Source of the DNA: Gammaproteobacteria bacterium | GTDB taxonomy: Bacteria; Pseudomonadota; Gammaproteobacteria; GCA-2400775 | Direction of reading: 5' to 3' | Assembly (NCBI GenBank): GCA_015492075.1 | Contig: WGFU01000022.1 | Span: forward strand, 42,232-106,231 | Length of the DNA stretch: 64,000 bases | In this document: positions 18,204 to 28,749 of the stretch, piece by piece | Layout of the letters: every line of letters begins with the position of its first letter | Numbering within the stretch: the stretch's first letter is position 1 | Made by a program: the position numbers and the translations under genes | The notes under the pieces: generated by a model | What the model was told of the DNA's origin: nothing | Databases searched by the model: none | Seen by the model: only the letters and a program-made list of their open reading frames with translations

Positions 18204-19583
18204 GTGGAACACGTAATACAAGCCGCGTATTTCATCACGGCACTGTTATTTATTTTAGGCCTGCGCCAGATGTCGTCACCGAAGACGGCCCGCAATGGGA
18301 TTCTTTGGGCCGGTGGCGCAATGGGGCTGGCGGTTGTTGTGACCTTCTTTACCCCAGGCCTGCACAATATTGCCTTGATTCTGATCGCGACGATTATTGG
18401 TGGTGGCGCAGCATGGGTGTCGGCCAAACGTGTCGAAATGACCAATATGCCACAGATGGTGGCGATCTATAACGGCCTCGGTGGTGGTGCCGCGGCTGCC
18501 ATTGCTGCCGTTGAGCTGTTTCGCGGTGAATTGCTCAACGGTATCGAGGCCAATAGCGTTTTAGTACTGCTTGCCGTGATTGGTGGCTTGATCGGCTCGG
18601 TCGCCTTTAGTGGTAGTTGCGTAGCCTTTGCCAAGCTGCAACGCTTGATTAGCGAGCGTCCGCTGACGTTTTCTAAACAGCAGGTCGCCAATCTTTCGGT
18701 GCTGGCTATCGCTGTGATCGCGGGCTTCATTCTACTGTTTACTGATGCACCGACGATGATTGTTATTTTCTTTGCAGCGGCCCTGGCTTTTGGCGTGATG
18801 ATGACCTTGCCGATTGGTGGTGCCGACATGCCCGTAGTCATTTCTTTATATAACGCGCTGACGGGTATGGCGGTGGCCTTTGAAGGGTTTGCCTTGGGTA
18901 ATGCAGCGATGATTGTAGCAGGTACAGTGGTCGGTGCCGCGGGTACTTTGCTGACGCAATTGATGGCCAAGGCCATGAACCGACCTTTGTCTAATGTGTT
19001 GTTTGGTGCCTTTGGTGCAGAGCAGGACGACGCGGATGCGGAGGTGGCTGGTTCGCTCAAAGAAATAGAGCCTAATGATGCCGCCATCATGATGGGTTAT
19101 GCCAACAAGGTGATTATTGTTACCGGCTACGGCATGGCCATGGCGCAGGCGCAGCATAAGGTCTACGAGTTGGCACAACAGCTGGAAGAGAAGGGTGTTG
19201 AAGTCAAGTTTGCCATTCATCCGGTGGCCGGACGTATGCCTGGCCACATGAATGTCTTGCTGGCTGAAGCGGGCGTGCCTTATGACAAGCTGTTTGATCT
19301 GGAAGAGATTAACGCCGAATTCCAGAGTACCGATGTGACCTTGGTGATCGGTGCCAACGATGTTGTTAATCCGGCTGCGCGCAGCAACCCTGCCAGCCCG
19401 ATCTATGGTATGCCGATATTGGATGTTGATTATTCGGCCAATGTTTTGGTGATTAAGCGCGGCCGAGGCAAGGGTTTTGCCGGTATCGAGAACGAGCTGT
19501 TTTACGCCGATAATACACGTATGCTTTATGGCGATGCACAAAGCATGGTCAACGAACTGGTGCAAGCGGTGAAGCAGATCTAG
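18204..19583 (+). CDS. pntB: NAD(P) transhydrogenase subunit beta
   Basis: Multi-TM N-terminal half and a C-terminal NADP(H)-binding domain (GYGMAMAQAQ, HPVAGRMPGHMNVLLAEA). Confidence 0.95.
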   Translation: MEHVIQAAYFITALLFILGLRQMSSPKTARNGILWAGGAMGLAVVVTFFTPGLHNIALILIATIIGGGAAWVSAKRVEMTNMPQMVAIYNGLGGGAAAAIAAVELFRGELLNGIEANSVLVLLAVIGGLIGSVAFSGSCVAFAKLQRLISERPLTFSKQQVANLSVLAIAVIAGFILLFTDAPTMIVIFFAAALAFGVMMTLPIGGADMPVVISLYNALTGMAVAFEGFALGNAAMIVAGTVVGAAGTLLTQLMAKAMNRPLSNVLFGAFGAEQDDADAEVAGSLKEIEPNDAAIMMGYANKVIIVTGYGMAMAQAQHKVYELAQQLEEKGVEVKFAIHPVAGRMPGHMNVLLAEAGVPYDKLFDLEEINAEFQSTDVTLVIGANDVVNPAARSNPASPIYGMPILDVDYSANVLVIKRGRGKGFAGIENELFYADNTRMLYGDAQSMVNELVQAVKQI

Positions 19584-19608
19584 CTGCTTACTAGCCGATA
19601 GTTAATGG

Positions 19609-19640
19609 AAGGCCTGACGGGAGACCGCAGGCCTTTTTTG
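19609..19640 (+). terminator. rho-independent terminator after pntB
   Basis: aaggcctg-acgggagaccg-caggcctt followed by tttttg. Confidence 0.8.
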
Positions 19641-19771
19641 TTGTCTGTTATTAATGGGAGATTTATTTAAAGAAACCAATAGATTGGTAGTGCTTTTTAG
19701 CCGATCTTTCAAGAAAGTGAAAAAAAGCACGATATAGGACAAATGTTATTCGCGAGAGGAGTGCCCGGGTA

Positions 19772-20404
19772 ATGCAAGCGATGATGAGGTGGTTGTCAGC
19801 CTTGATGTTACTTGCCGCCGCTAATCCGCTGTTTGCACAGTTTGATATCGTTGAGCGCACATTTGATGCCGACGAGAATTTGATTTCCGCCTTAAAAAAA
19901 GGTGGCTTTGTACTCTATTTCCGTCATGGCGCTACCCATCATGACCAGCCGGATCACGAGCATGTCAACTTTGATGACTGTTCGACCCAGCGTAATCTGT
20001 CTCGGCAAGGTCGCTCTCAAGTGCGATTTATAGGAAAGGCGTTTGATGGTCTGGGCATTCCAGTTAACAAAGTGTATTCCAGTCCTTATTGTCGTTGTAC
20101 AGAGACAGCGGACTTGGCCTTCGGCGAATATCAGATCGTTAACGAGCTTGCCTTTGATATCAGCTCTTCAAGCCAACATAGCTCCAGGGTAAAGCGGGTC
20201 TTGCGCGATATGCTGGCCACCATTCCACATAATGGCAACACCATTATTATTTCCCATACCGCTAATTTAAAAGAGGCGACCGGTATCTGGCCGCAACACG
20301 AAGCAGTAATCGTATTATTTCGACCTACTGGCGGGGGCACGGTTGAATACTACGGTAAGGTGATGCCCGAAGATTGGTATCAATTATCGAACAACCAAAA
20401 TTAG
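19772..20404 (+). CDS. secreted histidine phosphatase family protein
   Basis: Signal peptide MQAMMRWLSALMLLAAANPLFAQ. RHG motif (VLYFRHGATHHD) and a second His (IIISHTANL). Confidence 0.65.
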   Translation: MQAMMRWLSALMLLAAANPLFAQFDIVERTFDADENLISALKKGGFVLYFRHGATHHDQPDHEHVNFDDCSTQRNLSRQGRSQVRFIGKAFDGLGIPVNKVYSSPYCRCTETADLAFGEYQIVNELAFDISSSSQHSSRVKRVLRDMLATIPHNGNTIIISHTANLKEATGIWPQHEAVIVLFRPTGGGTVEYYGKVMPEDWYQLSNNQN

Positions 20405-20418
20405 TATAAAAATCTGTT

Positions 20419-22938
20419 GTGATCAATTTTAAGCGGCTATCACTGGCAAAGAAGGTTGTCATTGCGCCACTCATTGGTGTGGTGCTGGTGGTGGCGCTGG
20501 TGACGATATTTTCTATCGTATTGAATAACCAGCGCCAGACTCTGGTGGATGTTGCCAATACTGAATTTTCCACGCTTATTGAACTAGATAATATTTTCTA
20601 TCAATTGACGCATGCACACAATGAATTACATGTATTGTTAATAGAGGCGAAGAATGCGTCAGATGAGGAGGGCGTATACGTTGCGGGCAAGCCCTTGCTT
20701 GATGTGTTGCACTTTATTGCCGAAGAAATACCGCAGAAAGTGCCTCCTGACAGTCTGAACGATACCGACAGGCATTTATACGATGAGGTAGTCGACTCGG
20801 TATCGTTATATCAAAGCGCTGCTGTACGCGCAATCGATATCGCATCACTTAACTGGGAGCTGGCGAAAGGACATATGGCGCGAGCAGACAGGTATTTTGT
20901 GCAGGCTGACCGTGACTTTCACGAGTTGGCTAGTCATTTGCGGCGCAGTGCTTACGCGAAACTGGAGGGTAATCTAAAAAAGGCGGACAGTGCCTTGCTT
21001 TGGTTTGTCGCATTGGCGATATTGGCATCGACGCTGATGGTTGCTGCGGCACTGGCATTCTCGCGCAGTTTGATTCTTCGCTCCAACCGTGTGACCAGCG
21101 CAATCAACCTGCTCGCATCGGGTCAGCATCAGCATGCAACGGCTAGCTTGCATGCTCATAAAGACCAGCAATCGATCGATAAAGCCTTGCTGGTTTTGGC
21201 AGGAAAGCTCGAAGAGTTAGAGTGCGAGACCAGGAAGAGGCGTGATATTGAGACCGAGCTGGCGCTGGCGGCAAAGGTGTTTGAGAGTGCCAATGAAGGG
21301 ATCGTTATTGCTGACAGGGAAAATAACATCCTTGCTGTAAATCGAGCATTTTCTGAAATCACGGGTTTTTCCGCGTCCGAAGTGGTGGGTAAGGGAGCAG
21401 AGTTTTTCTGCGATAGATACGAGAGCTACGATGATGTCTGGGCCACGCTGCAGGCCAGTGGTATGTGGCAGGGTGAAATATTTCAGCGTCATAAAAACGG
21501 TGAGCTAAGGCCTGTTTGGCTCACCAGTTCGCAAGTACAGGACAGCACAAGCGGAGATTACCATTACGTGTCGGTATTTCTCGATATTGCCGCGTTAAAA
21601 GACAGTCAGGCTCGTGTCCAGTACATCGCGCAACACGATGCATTGACCGGATTACCCAATCGCACATTATTTATAGAACGCCTCAAGCATGCTATTCATC
21701 GCGCCCGTCGTGACCGCACAAGGCTAGCAGTATTGTTTGTCGACCTGGATCGCTTCAAGATTATTAACGACACCCATGGTCACCCTCTTGGCGATGAGCT
21801 GCTGGAAGAAGTGGCACGGCGTATCAGCCGCGCAGTCCGAGCGGACGATACGGTGGCGAGAATTGGCGGCGACGAATTCATGTTACTGCTGGAGGGGCTG
21901 ACTTCGGTCGAAGGCGCCAAGCCGGTAGCAAAGAAAATATTGCATTTACTGGCGCAGCCAGTGCTTTTGGATGGCAAGGAGTTAGTGGTCACCAGCAGCA
22001 TTGGTATCGCAAGCTACCCGGCTGATGGCAATGATGCCATGACACTGATCCGTAATGCTGATACCGCAATGTATCAAGCTAAAGATAGTGGCCGTGACCA
22101 GTTTTATACTTATACGGCGGAACTGACCGCTGATGCTTTGCGCAAGTTTGCGCTTGAGACTGATCTGCGCAACGCCTTGGCCAAGAATGAGTTAACTGTT
22201 TATTATCAGCCTCAAACCAGTTTGCATAATAATGAAGTCATTGGTTTCGAGGCGCTCTTGCGTTGGCAGCATCCGCACCGTGGCTGGGTGTCGCCGACGG
22301 TATTTATTCCAATGGCTGAAGACATCGGCATGATTGAACAAATCGGCGACTGGGTGTTATCTGAGGCTTGTCATCAGGTTAGTCGTTGGCGTCGGCAAGG
22401 GGTCGGTGATTTTTGTATTTCCGTTAATTTCTCAGCGCGACAATTAATGAACCTGGACTTGGTGGGTAGAGTGATTGAACTGCTCGAGGCGACAGGCAAT
22501 CCCGCCAATGCGATTGAGATCGAGGTGACAGAAAGCGCGGTAATGGAACATGCGGATCGTTGCATTGCCGTGCTCAAATCGCTTAACGAATATGGTATTC
22601 CCGTTGCGGTTGACGACTTTGGTACCGGTTATTCATCGCTCAGCTATCTTAAACGTCTGCCTTTGCAGAAGGTTAAGATTGACCGCTCTTTTGTTAATGA
22701 TTTGCCGCATGATCAGGATGACAGTGCCTTGGTGGCAGCGATTATCGCGATGGCTCACAGCCTTGGCTTATATGTTGTCGGCGAGGGTGTTGAAACGGTG
22801 GATCAGCTTGAATTTTTACGTGATCATGGTTGCGATAGCGTCCAGGGTTATTATCTTGGCAGGCCCATGCCTGTTGCCGAGGTAGAGGCTTGGCTGGAGC
22901 AGAAAGAACAAGGTAGACGTTCACGTATTGCTAGTTAG
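20419..22938 (+). CDS. membrane sensor diguanylate cyclase/phosphodiesterase (periplasmic helical sensor-TM-PAS-GGDEF-EAL)
   Basis: Two TM segments flank an approximately 170-aa helical domain, followed by a PAS region. GGDEF motif RIGGDEF, EAL motif EALLRW, plus DDFGTGYSS. GTG start 14 nt after the preceding gene. Confidence 0.85.
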   Translation: MINFKRLSLAKKVVIAPLIGVVLVVALVTIFSIVLNNQRQTLVDVANTEFSTLIELDNIFYQLTHAHNELHVLLIEAKNASDEEGVYVAGKPLLDVLHFIAEEIPQKVPPDSLNDTDRHLYDEVVDSVSLYQSAAVRAIDIASLNWELAKGHMARADRYFVQADRDFHELASHLRRSAYAKLEGNLKKADSALLWFVALAILASTLMVAAALAFSRSLILRSNRVTSAINLLASGQHQHATASLHAHKDQQSIDKALLVLAGKLEELECETRKRRDIETELALAAKVFESANEGIVIADRENNILAVNRAFSEITGFSASEVVGKGAEFFCDRYESYDDVWATLQASGMWQGEIFQRHKNGELRPVWLTSSQVQDSTSGDYHYVSVFLDIAALKDSQARVQYIAQHDALTGLPNRTLFIERLKHAIHRARRDRTRLAVLFVDLDRFKIINDTHGHPLGDELLEEVARRISRAVRADDTVARIGGDEFMLLLEGLTSVEGAKPVAKKILHLLAQPVLLDGKELVVTSSIGIASYPADGNDAMTLIRNADTAMYQAKDSGRDQFYTYTAELTADALRKFALETDLRNALAKNELTVYYQPQTSLHNNEVIGFEALLRWQHPHRGWVSPTVFIPMAEDIGMIEQIGDWVLSEACHQVSRWRRQGVGDFCISVNFSARQLMNLDLVGRVIELLEATGNPANAIEIEVTESAVMEHADRCIAVLKSLNEYGIPVAVDDFGTGYSSLSYLKRLPLQKVKIDRSFVNDLPHDQDDSALVAAIIAMAHSLGLYVVGEGVETVDQLEFLRDHGCDSVQGYYLGRPMPVAEVEAWLEQKEQGRRSRIAS

Positions 22939-23189
22939 CGTTGAGCGCTCCTTGATTTTAGGCGCTGCTCGATACGCTGCCGCGCTTCATCCGGGAGCTG
23001 TGAGGGGACGTTATCGTGTTGCGTCAGCAATGCTTTGGTGGCACGGCGCAGCCAGCTGATTTGTTGCCAATAGTGCCGACAGCCACGGCAGAGCATGAGA
23101 TGGAGCTTGATTTTCAGATGCTGGCCTAGACCAATCTTTTCATCTTGAGCACGTGATGCCAAATCTGCAACTTGTTTACATGACAGCAT
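22935..23189 (-). CDS. zf-HC2 anti-sigma factor
   Basis: HLMLCRGC matches H-x3-C-x2-C. 84 aa. It starts 2 nt after the ECF sigma gene stop. Confidence 0.7.
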   Translation of the reverse strand: MLSCKQVADLASRAQDEKIGLGQHLKIKLHLMLCRGCRHYWQQISWLRRATKALLTQHDNVPSQLPDEARQRIEQRLKSRSAQR

Positions 23190-23191
23190 GT

Positions 23192-23776
23192 TTATTCCGC
23201 ATTAAACCAGTGTTTATCAAGGCAATCACGTAATCGTTTGCGTGTTCGCGACAAAATGACCCACAAATTATTGGTCGTTGAGATGTTCATTACCTTGCAC
23301 AGTTCATCACTGCTCAGATCGCTGCTCTCTTTCAGCAAAAACAATTGCGCCTGTGCGACAGGCAAAGCATCAATACACTGTTGGTAGACAAGCAGAAAGC
23401 GCTCTTGCTGCAAGGCGGCATCGGGGTCGGCCCAGTAATTGATGGTGCTATTCCAGTGCCCGCTGGGGTCAAAGCCAGGGCCTTCCGAAGAAAATGCCTG
23501 GTCGAGGCTGTCGCTTTGGATGTCACGTTTTGATTTTCGGAAATGATCGATAATCTTGAATTTCATGATGCCGATCAGCCATGTCTTGACGCTGGAGTCA
23601 CCACGAAAGCGCTCTTGTGCTTTGAGCGCGGCGAGCAGGGTCTCCTGGACGACATCTTCGGCCGCTGGCCCATCGCGTAGGCGCGTCAAAGCATAGCGAT
23701 ACAAGTCGTCGCCGTAATCGTGCAGCCAGCTTGCTGCGTCGGATTCTTTGCTCGAGTTGCTAGAAATACTGGTCAT
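23192..23776 (-). CDS. ECF-type RNA polymerase sigma-70 family factor
   Basis: Region 2 (YRYALTRLRDGPAAEDVVQETLLAA) and region 4 (ELCKVMNISTTNNLWVILSRTRKRLR). About 194 aa. Confidence 0.85.
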   Translation of the reverse strand: MTSISSNSSKESDAASWLHDYGDDLYRYALTRLRDGPAAEDVVQETLLAALKAQERFRGDSSVKTWLIGIMKFKIIDHFRKSKRDIQSDSLDQAFSSEGPGFDPSGHWNSTINYWADPDAALQQERFLLVYQQCIDALPVAQAQLFLLKESSDLSSDELCKVMNISTTNNLWVILSRTRKRLRDCLDKHWFNAE

Positions 23777-23869
23777 TATTAAATGTGATTTTCTACCAGT
23801 GTACTTGATAGCGATCCTGACGCAAACGCTGCTATGCTATGTGCTGACGATAACAGTGCGGGAAATCCA

Positions 23870-24991
23870 ATGATATTGGATGATTTGCTCCAGGCGATGG
23901 TAGATGAACAGGCATCCGATCTGTTTATCAGCGTTGGCTCGCCCCCTTCAATCAAGGTTGAAGGGCAACACTATTGCGTTGATGACACAGTAATCGATAG
24001 CAAGCTGGCGCATGAGCTCATTTACGGCGCGATGCGCGACGAGCAGCAAGAGCAGTTTGAGCGTGCTTACGAGCTCAATTTCGGGATCGTCCGTGAAGGT
24101 GTCGGCCGTTTCCGGGCCAATGTTTTTCAGCAGCAATATCAGCCGGGCATGGTCATCCGGCGTATCGAGACTGACATTCCCAGCGTCGAGTCATTAGGTC
24201 TGCCCGAGGTGCTCGAGACCATGGTGATGGAGAAGCGTGGCCTAATCCTTGTGGTCGGTGCAACCGGCGTGGGCAAGTCGACTACCATGGCGGCGATGGT
24301 TGGTCACCGCAACCGTTATGGTAGTGGCCATATCGTTACTGTTGAAGACCCTATCGAGTTTGTGCACAGTCCACAAGGTTGCGTGATTACACAGCGCGAG
24401 GTGGGGGTTGATACCAAGTCGTATGAGGCCGCCTTGCAAAACTCCTTGCGCCAGGCGCCTGACGTGATTCTTATTGGTGAAATCCTGGATCAAACCACCA
24501 TGCACCACTCTTTGACTTTTGCTGAAACCGGGCATTTGTCGCTGGCACCATTACATGCCGCAAATTGCGCGCAGGCACTGGAGCGCATTATCAATTTTTT
24601 CCCGCGTGACCGCCGCGATGAAATCTTGATGGATGTATCGCTTAATATGCGCGCCATTATTGCACAACGCCTGGTGCCTGCCACGGATGGTCAAGGCCGC
24701 GTGCTGGCGCTGGAAATATTGACGAACAGTGCCTTGGCGACCGACCTGATTGCCAGTGGCCGTTTTGATGAAATTAAGGACGTGATGAAGAAATCCAGTC
24801 AGCACGATATGTGTACCTTCGAACAATCTTTGTTTGAACTCTATTCAGAAGGTCTCATTACGCAAGAAGATGCATTGCAGTATGCTGATTCGCCAAATGA
24901 TCTACGCCTGATGATTAAATTTGGCAGTAATGACCTTTCTGATGATTTGGCCAAAAGGTCGAGTCAGATCTCTTTAAGCAGCGCCAAGTAG
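23870..24991 (+). CDS. pilU: PilT/PilU-family type IV pilus retraction ATPase (PilU-like)
   Basis: N-terminus MILDDLLQAMVDEQASDLFISVGSPPSIKVEG is PilU-like. Walker A GATGVGKST. The ATG at 23870 is preferred over the track start at 23834. Confidence 0.8.
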   Translation: MILDDLLQAMVDEQASDLFISVGSPPSIKVEGQHYCVDDTVIDSKLAHELIYGAMRDEQQEQFERAYELNFGIVREGVGRFRANVFQQQYQPGMVIRRIETDIPSVESLGLPEVLETMVMEKRGLILVVGATGVGKSTTMAAMVGHRNRYGSGHIVTVEDPIEFVHSPQGCVITQREVGVDTKSYEAALQNSLRQAPDVILIGEILDQTTMHHSLTFAETGHLSLAPLHAANCAQALERIINFFPRDRRDEILMDVSLNMRAIIAQRLVPATDGQGRVLALEILTNSALATDLIASGRFDEIKDVMKKSSQHDMCTFEQSLFELYSEGLITQEDALQYADSPNDLRLMIKFGSNDLSDDLAKRSSQISLSSAK

Positions 24992-25035
24992 CGCCCTTGT
25001 TTTTTTGACCAAGTAGCCGACTTAGGCGAGGTTGT

Positions 25036-25923
25036 CTAGGAAATTTCTGGGAAGACTTGAGCGGCTTTGAAAACCGGGCCGTCGACACAGACGCGCTTCA
25101 TGGCAGGTCCCGTTTCTGTGAGCACTTCGACCACGCAGCCGGCGCAACCGCCAACAGCGCAGGCCATGTATTCTTCCAGTGACACTTGGCATTCCAGCGC
25201 AAACTCTTTCGCTAATTTGGCGCAAGCCGCTAACATTGGGTGTGGTCCGCAGCTAAATATTTCAACCTCGGCCAACTCTGCTTGCGACAAGCTGCGTAAA
25301 TGCGCGCGTCCGAGGTCGGTGACGTAGCCCTGGTAGCTGCCTTGGTAGCCTTGCCGGCTGGCAAGACGGCTAGCAATGGCCTGCTCCTCAAGCAAAGCGA
25401 TAGCATGACTGGCTTCGTTGCCAAGTCCCGGCACCTTGAGCAAAGAAGCATGGGTGGCAAAGGGGAACGGCACTTCCGAGCCCATGAGCACTAGCGGTTC
25501 AATGCCTTGCTGCTTAAGGTGTTGTGCTAAAAAAATCATGGGTGGGATGCCAACACCACCACCGATCAATAAGGGACGAGACTTGCTGCCCGAGGCGGCA
25601 AACGGCTTGCCAATCGGCCCCATGACACTGATGCTGTCACCGACCCTACGCTGAGCCAGTGCGTGTGTGCCACGGCCGACATCGCGGTAGAGGTATTCCA
25701 CCCAGCCCGCTTGTTTATCGCTGCGCATAATGGATAAAGGCCTGCGCATAGGCAGCTCCGGGCTGCATTGCAGATGTGAAAAACTGCCCGGCATGGCATG
25801 TTCAGCACAACGTGGCGAGTTTAAGCGCAGAATGTATTGATCGGCGGCAAAGTGCTGATGACTGATTACGATGGCGTCTTCAACGGCAATGGAGCCGCGA
25901 TAGTCGGGGTGTTTCTTTGTCAT
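25036..25923 (-). CDS. PyrK-like flavin reductase with C-terminal 2Fe-2S (dihydroorotate dehydrogenase electron-transfer-subunit family)
   Basis: RRPLSIM (FAD RxYS-type motif), LIGGGVGIPPM (NAD motif), C-terminal CAVGGCAGCVVEV...VCVDGPVF cluster motif. The ATG at 25921-25923 overlaps the pyrC' stop (ATGA). Confidence 0.7.
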   Translation of the reverse strand: MTKKHPDYRGSIAVEDAIVISHQHFAADQYILRLNSPRCAEHAMPGSFSHLQCSPELPMRRPLSIMRSDKQAGWVEYLYRDVGRGTHALAQRRVGDSISVMGPIGKPFAASGSKSRPLLIGGGVGIPPMIFLAQHLKQQGIEPLVLMGSEVPFPFATHASLLKVPGLGNEASHAIALLEEQAIASRLASRQGYQGSYQGYVTDLGRAHLRSLSQAELAEVEIFSCGPHPMLAACAKLAKEFALECQVSLEEYMACAVGGCAGCVVEVLTETGPAMKRVCVDGPVFKAAQVFPEIS

Positions 25924-27215
25924 GGAGCGGAGTCTAGCTGGAAGGCGATCTGGCCGCGACATAAGGTGTGGGTGACGCGACCGAGAAACTGCCAATACAT
26001 CATCGGCGTATTATGTCCCCGGCTGCGCAAAGTCGTGCTATCCAGCTGCCACTCATGTTCCGGATCATAAATACATACATCAGCCGGGGCCCCCGCTGTC
26101 AGTGTGCCGGCATTGATACCGAGTAGCTGTGCAGGTTGGGATGTCAGCGCGGCAATCAACGGCATAAGCTCAATGATACCTTCGTTGACTAATCGTAAGC
26201 TCAGCGGCAATAAGGTTTCCAGTCCCGACATACCAGGTTCGGTGATCGCAAACGGCGCCAATTTGGCATCGGCCTCGTGCGGCTGATGATCGGAACAAAT
26301 AATGTTAATGGTACCCTTGCTCAAGCCCGCGCGCAGACCTTCACGGTCGCGCAGGCTGCGCAATGGCGGAGACACATGGCAATGACTGTTAAAATAGCCA
26401 ATATCCATATCGGTTAAATGGAGCTGATGGGCGCTGACATCTGCGCTGACTTGCAGTCCGCTGTATTGCGCACGCGCAATCATTTGCACCGCGCGCGCTG
26501 TTGACAGCCGGCAAAAATGAGCCTTAACACCGATTTGTTCGATCAAAGCGAGAATTTGTCCGACGGCTACGGTCTCGGCTGCAGCGGGATTACCGGCCAG
26601 CCCGAGGCGGGTACTGATTTGACCCTCGTGGACGCAACCATTGTTACGCAGGTCAGCGTCTTCCGCATGCAGATGAACGACTAGATCATGACTGGCCGCG
26701 TATTCCATGGCATGGCGCAGTATCAGATTATTTTTGAGCGGCGCATAGGCATTGCTGACACCAACACAGCCAACAGCTTTTAGAGAACCCATCTCGCTTA
26801 AGCTAGCGCCATCAAGGCCATGTGTTAACGCACCCAAGGTATAAACTGACGCTCTGCCGAGGGCATTGGCCTTGTCATGAATCAGATTGGCAACGGCCGG
26901 GGTGTCAATGACCGGATGGGTATCGGGTGGGCAGCAAATCGAGGTAATGCCGCCAGCCACTGCGGCCTGGGTTTCACTGTCGATGGTGGCCTTGGATTCT
27001 TGACCTGGCTCGCGCAGGCGCGCGCTGATATCAACCAGTCCAGGACAAACAATGCATCCTTTGGCATCGATAACTGTATCGGCGTTAAAGTGGTCAGGCG
27101 CTTGCTGGCTAACAGAAATTATCTTGCCATTGGCAATGAATACATCGCGTTGCTCATGGATGTCATTGGCGGGGTCAACGACTAGGCCGTGACGAATATG
27201 CACACCTTGACTCAT
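25920..27215 (-). CDS. pyrC': non-catalytic dihydroorotase-like protein PyrC' (ATCase structural subunit type)
   Basis: Amidohydrolase/DHOase family of about 431 aa. The zinc-binding HxH of D-x-H-x-H-LREPG reads [11 protein letters not shown] here. 4-bp overlap with the pyrB stop. Confidence 0.75.
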   Translation of the reverse strand: MSQGVHIRHGLVVDPANDIHEQRDVFIANGKIISVSQQAPDHFNADTVIDAKGCIVCPGLVDISARLREPGQESKATIDSETQAAVAGGITSICCPPDTHPVIDTPAVANLIHDKANALGRASVYTLGALTHGLDGASLSEMGSLKAVGCVGVSNAYAPLKNNLILRHAMEYAASHDLVVHLHAEDADLRNNGCVHEGQISTRLGLAGNPAAAETVAVGQILALIEQIGVKAHFCRLSTARAVQMIARAQYSGLQVSADVSAHQLHLTDMDIGYFNSHCHVSPPLRSLRDREGLRAGLSKGTINIICSDHQPHEADAKLAPFAITEPGMSGLETLLPLSLRLVNEGIIELMPLIAALTSQPAQLLGINAGTLTAGAPADVCIYDPEHEWQLDSTTLRSRGHNTPMMYWQFLGRVTHTLCRGQIAFQLDSAP

Positions 27216-28213
27216 GTCTTAAGCTCGCTTTGTTGCGTGTGCTTGGGGTGTCTTACGCCGCGGGGACCCATGGTCATCGACATCACGGCCATGCGAATGG
27301 AAATGCCATGACTGACCTGTTGCAAAATCACTGAATGCTCGCCGTCAGCAACGGATGAATCCATTTCAACGCCGCGGTTGATCGGCCCTGGGTGCATAAC
27401 GATGACATTGTTTTTGGCCAGCGCCAGTTTTTCTTTGGTCAGGCCATAGAGCCTGAAGTATTCATGTTCGCTGGGCAGCAAGGCGCTGCTCATACGTTCA
27501 CGCTGGAGCCGCAGCATGATGATGACATCAACACCTTGCAGTCCCTGGCTGAGGTCATGGTAGACATGTACGCCTAATGTGTCGGCGTTGGCGGGAATCA
27601 ATGTGCGTGGCCCGATAACCCGAATATCAGGCACACCCAGCGTGCTCAGGGCATGGATTTGTGAGCGCGCGACACGTGAGTGCATGATGTCGCCGACTAT
27701 AGCAACAGAAAGATTATGGAATTCTTGTTTATGCCGACGTATGGTGAACATGTCGATCATGGCCTGCGTCGGGTGCGCGTGACGGCCGTCACCGGCGTTG
27801 AGCACGCTGATATGTGGCGCACAGTGTTCAGCAATAAAATGTGCAGCGCCACTGTTTTGATGGCGCACGATAAACATGTCGCAATGCATGGCTTCGAGGT
27901 TGCGCAGGGTATCGAGCAGGGTTTCACCCTTGTTGGTGGCCGATGCCGGTACGTTGATATTGAGGACATCGGCCGACAAGCGTTTGGCGGCCAGCTCAAA
28001 GGTAGTGCGCGTGCGAGTGCTGGCCTCAAAGAAGAGATTAACCACGGTTTTACCGCGCAGCAAGGGGACTTTTTTTACTTGTTGATGACTAACACCGGTA
28101 AACGACTCCGCGGTATCGAGTATCTCTACAAGAAGATCGCGTTTAAGGCCTTCGATGGTCAAAAAGTGACGCAGGCGCTTATCGTGGTCGAGTTGAAGGT
28201 GTCGCTGCTTCAT
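27212..28213 (-). CDS. pyrB: aspartate carbamoyltransferase catalytic subunit
   Basis: Motifs [24 protein letters not shown]. The ATG at 28211-28213 is preferred. The track start at 28234 is a GTG only 5 nt from the pyrR stop. Confidence 0.9.
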   Translation of the reverse strand: MKQRHLQLDHDKRLRHFLTIEGLKRDLLVEILDTAESFTGVSHQQVKKVPLLRGKTVVNLFFEASTRTRTTFELAAKRLSADVLNINVPASATNKGETLLDTLRNLEAMHCDMFIVRHQNSGAAHFIAEHCAPHISVLNAGDGRHAHPTQAMIDMFTIRRHKQEFHNLSVAIVGDIMHSRVARSQIHALSTLGVPDIRVIGPRTLIPANADTLGVHVYHDLSQGLQGVDVIIMLRLQRERMSSALLPSEHEYFRLYGLTKEKLALAKNNVIVMHPGPINRGVEMDSSVADGEHSVILQQVSHGISIRMAVMSMTMGPRGVRHPKHTQQSELKT

Positions 28214-28239
28214 GACTGTGGCGGCATTATACACAGGCT

Positions 28240-28749
28240 TTAGCCGTCTGTGAGTTCGACCAGTTCGAGGCTGAGCGGCTGCGGGCCTTTGAGCTTGATT
28301 TGTTGCCCGCTGTCGAGGTCTAGTTCGGTGCCGGCGACGTCGGCGCAGATCGGAATTTCGCGGCCACTGCGGACGATGAGCACGGCCAGAGTAATGCTGG
28401 CAGGACGACCATAATCGAACAGCTCGTTGAGCGCGGCACGAACAGTGCGCCCAGTATAGAGCACATCATCGACCAATATGATGTGACGGTCATCGATATT
28501 AAAGGGCAGTTGCGATGGTTTCACCTCGGGACTCATGCCGATACGGCTGAAATCATCACGATAAAATGAGATATCGAGCGTCCCTAACGGGTCCTCAAGC
28601 GCAAGGCGTTGGTGTAGAGCCGTAGCCACCCAGACGCCACCAGTATGTATACCGACCATGGCCGGATTTTCAATCCGGCCCTTGCTTAGCTGTTGTTCCA
28701 ACTGGCTGGCCATAGATGCCAACAAAATATCAGGTGTTTCAAGAACCAT
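28240..28749 (-). CDS. pyrR: bifunctional pyr operon regulator / uracil phosphoribosyltransferase PyrR
   Basis: PRTase motif [13 protein letters not shown]. About 169 aa. Immediately upstream of pyrB. Confidence 0.9.
   Translation of the reverse strand: MVLETPDILLASMASQLEQQLSKGRIENPAMVGIHTGGVWVATALHQRLALEDPLGTLDISFYRDDFSRIGMSPEVKPSQLPFNIDDRHIILVDDVLYTGRTVRAALNELFDYGRPASITLAVLIVRSGREIPICADVAGTELDLDSGQQIKLKGPQPLSLELVELTDG

Noticed and set aside
18467-19565. Long antisense ORFs (207 and 239 aa) inside pntB
   Set aside because: They lie opposite a very well supported gene. They are Ala/Ser/Arg/His-rich low-complexity translations typical of antisense frames, with no motifs.
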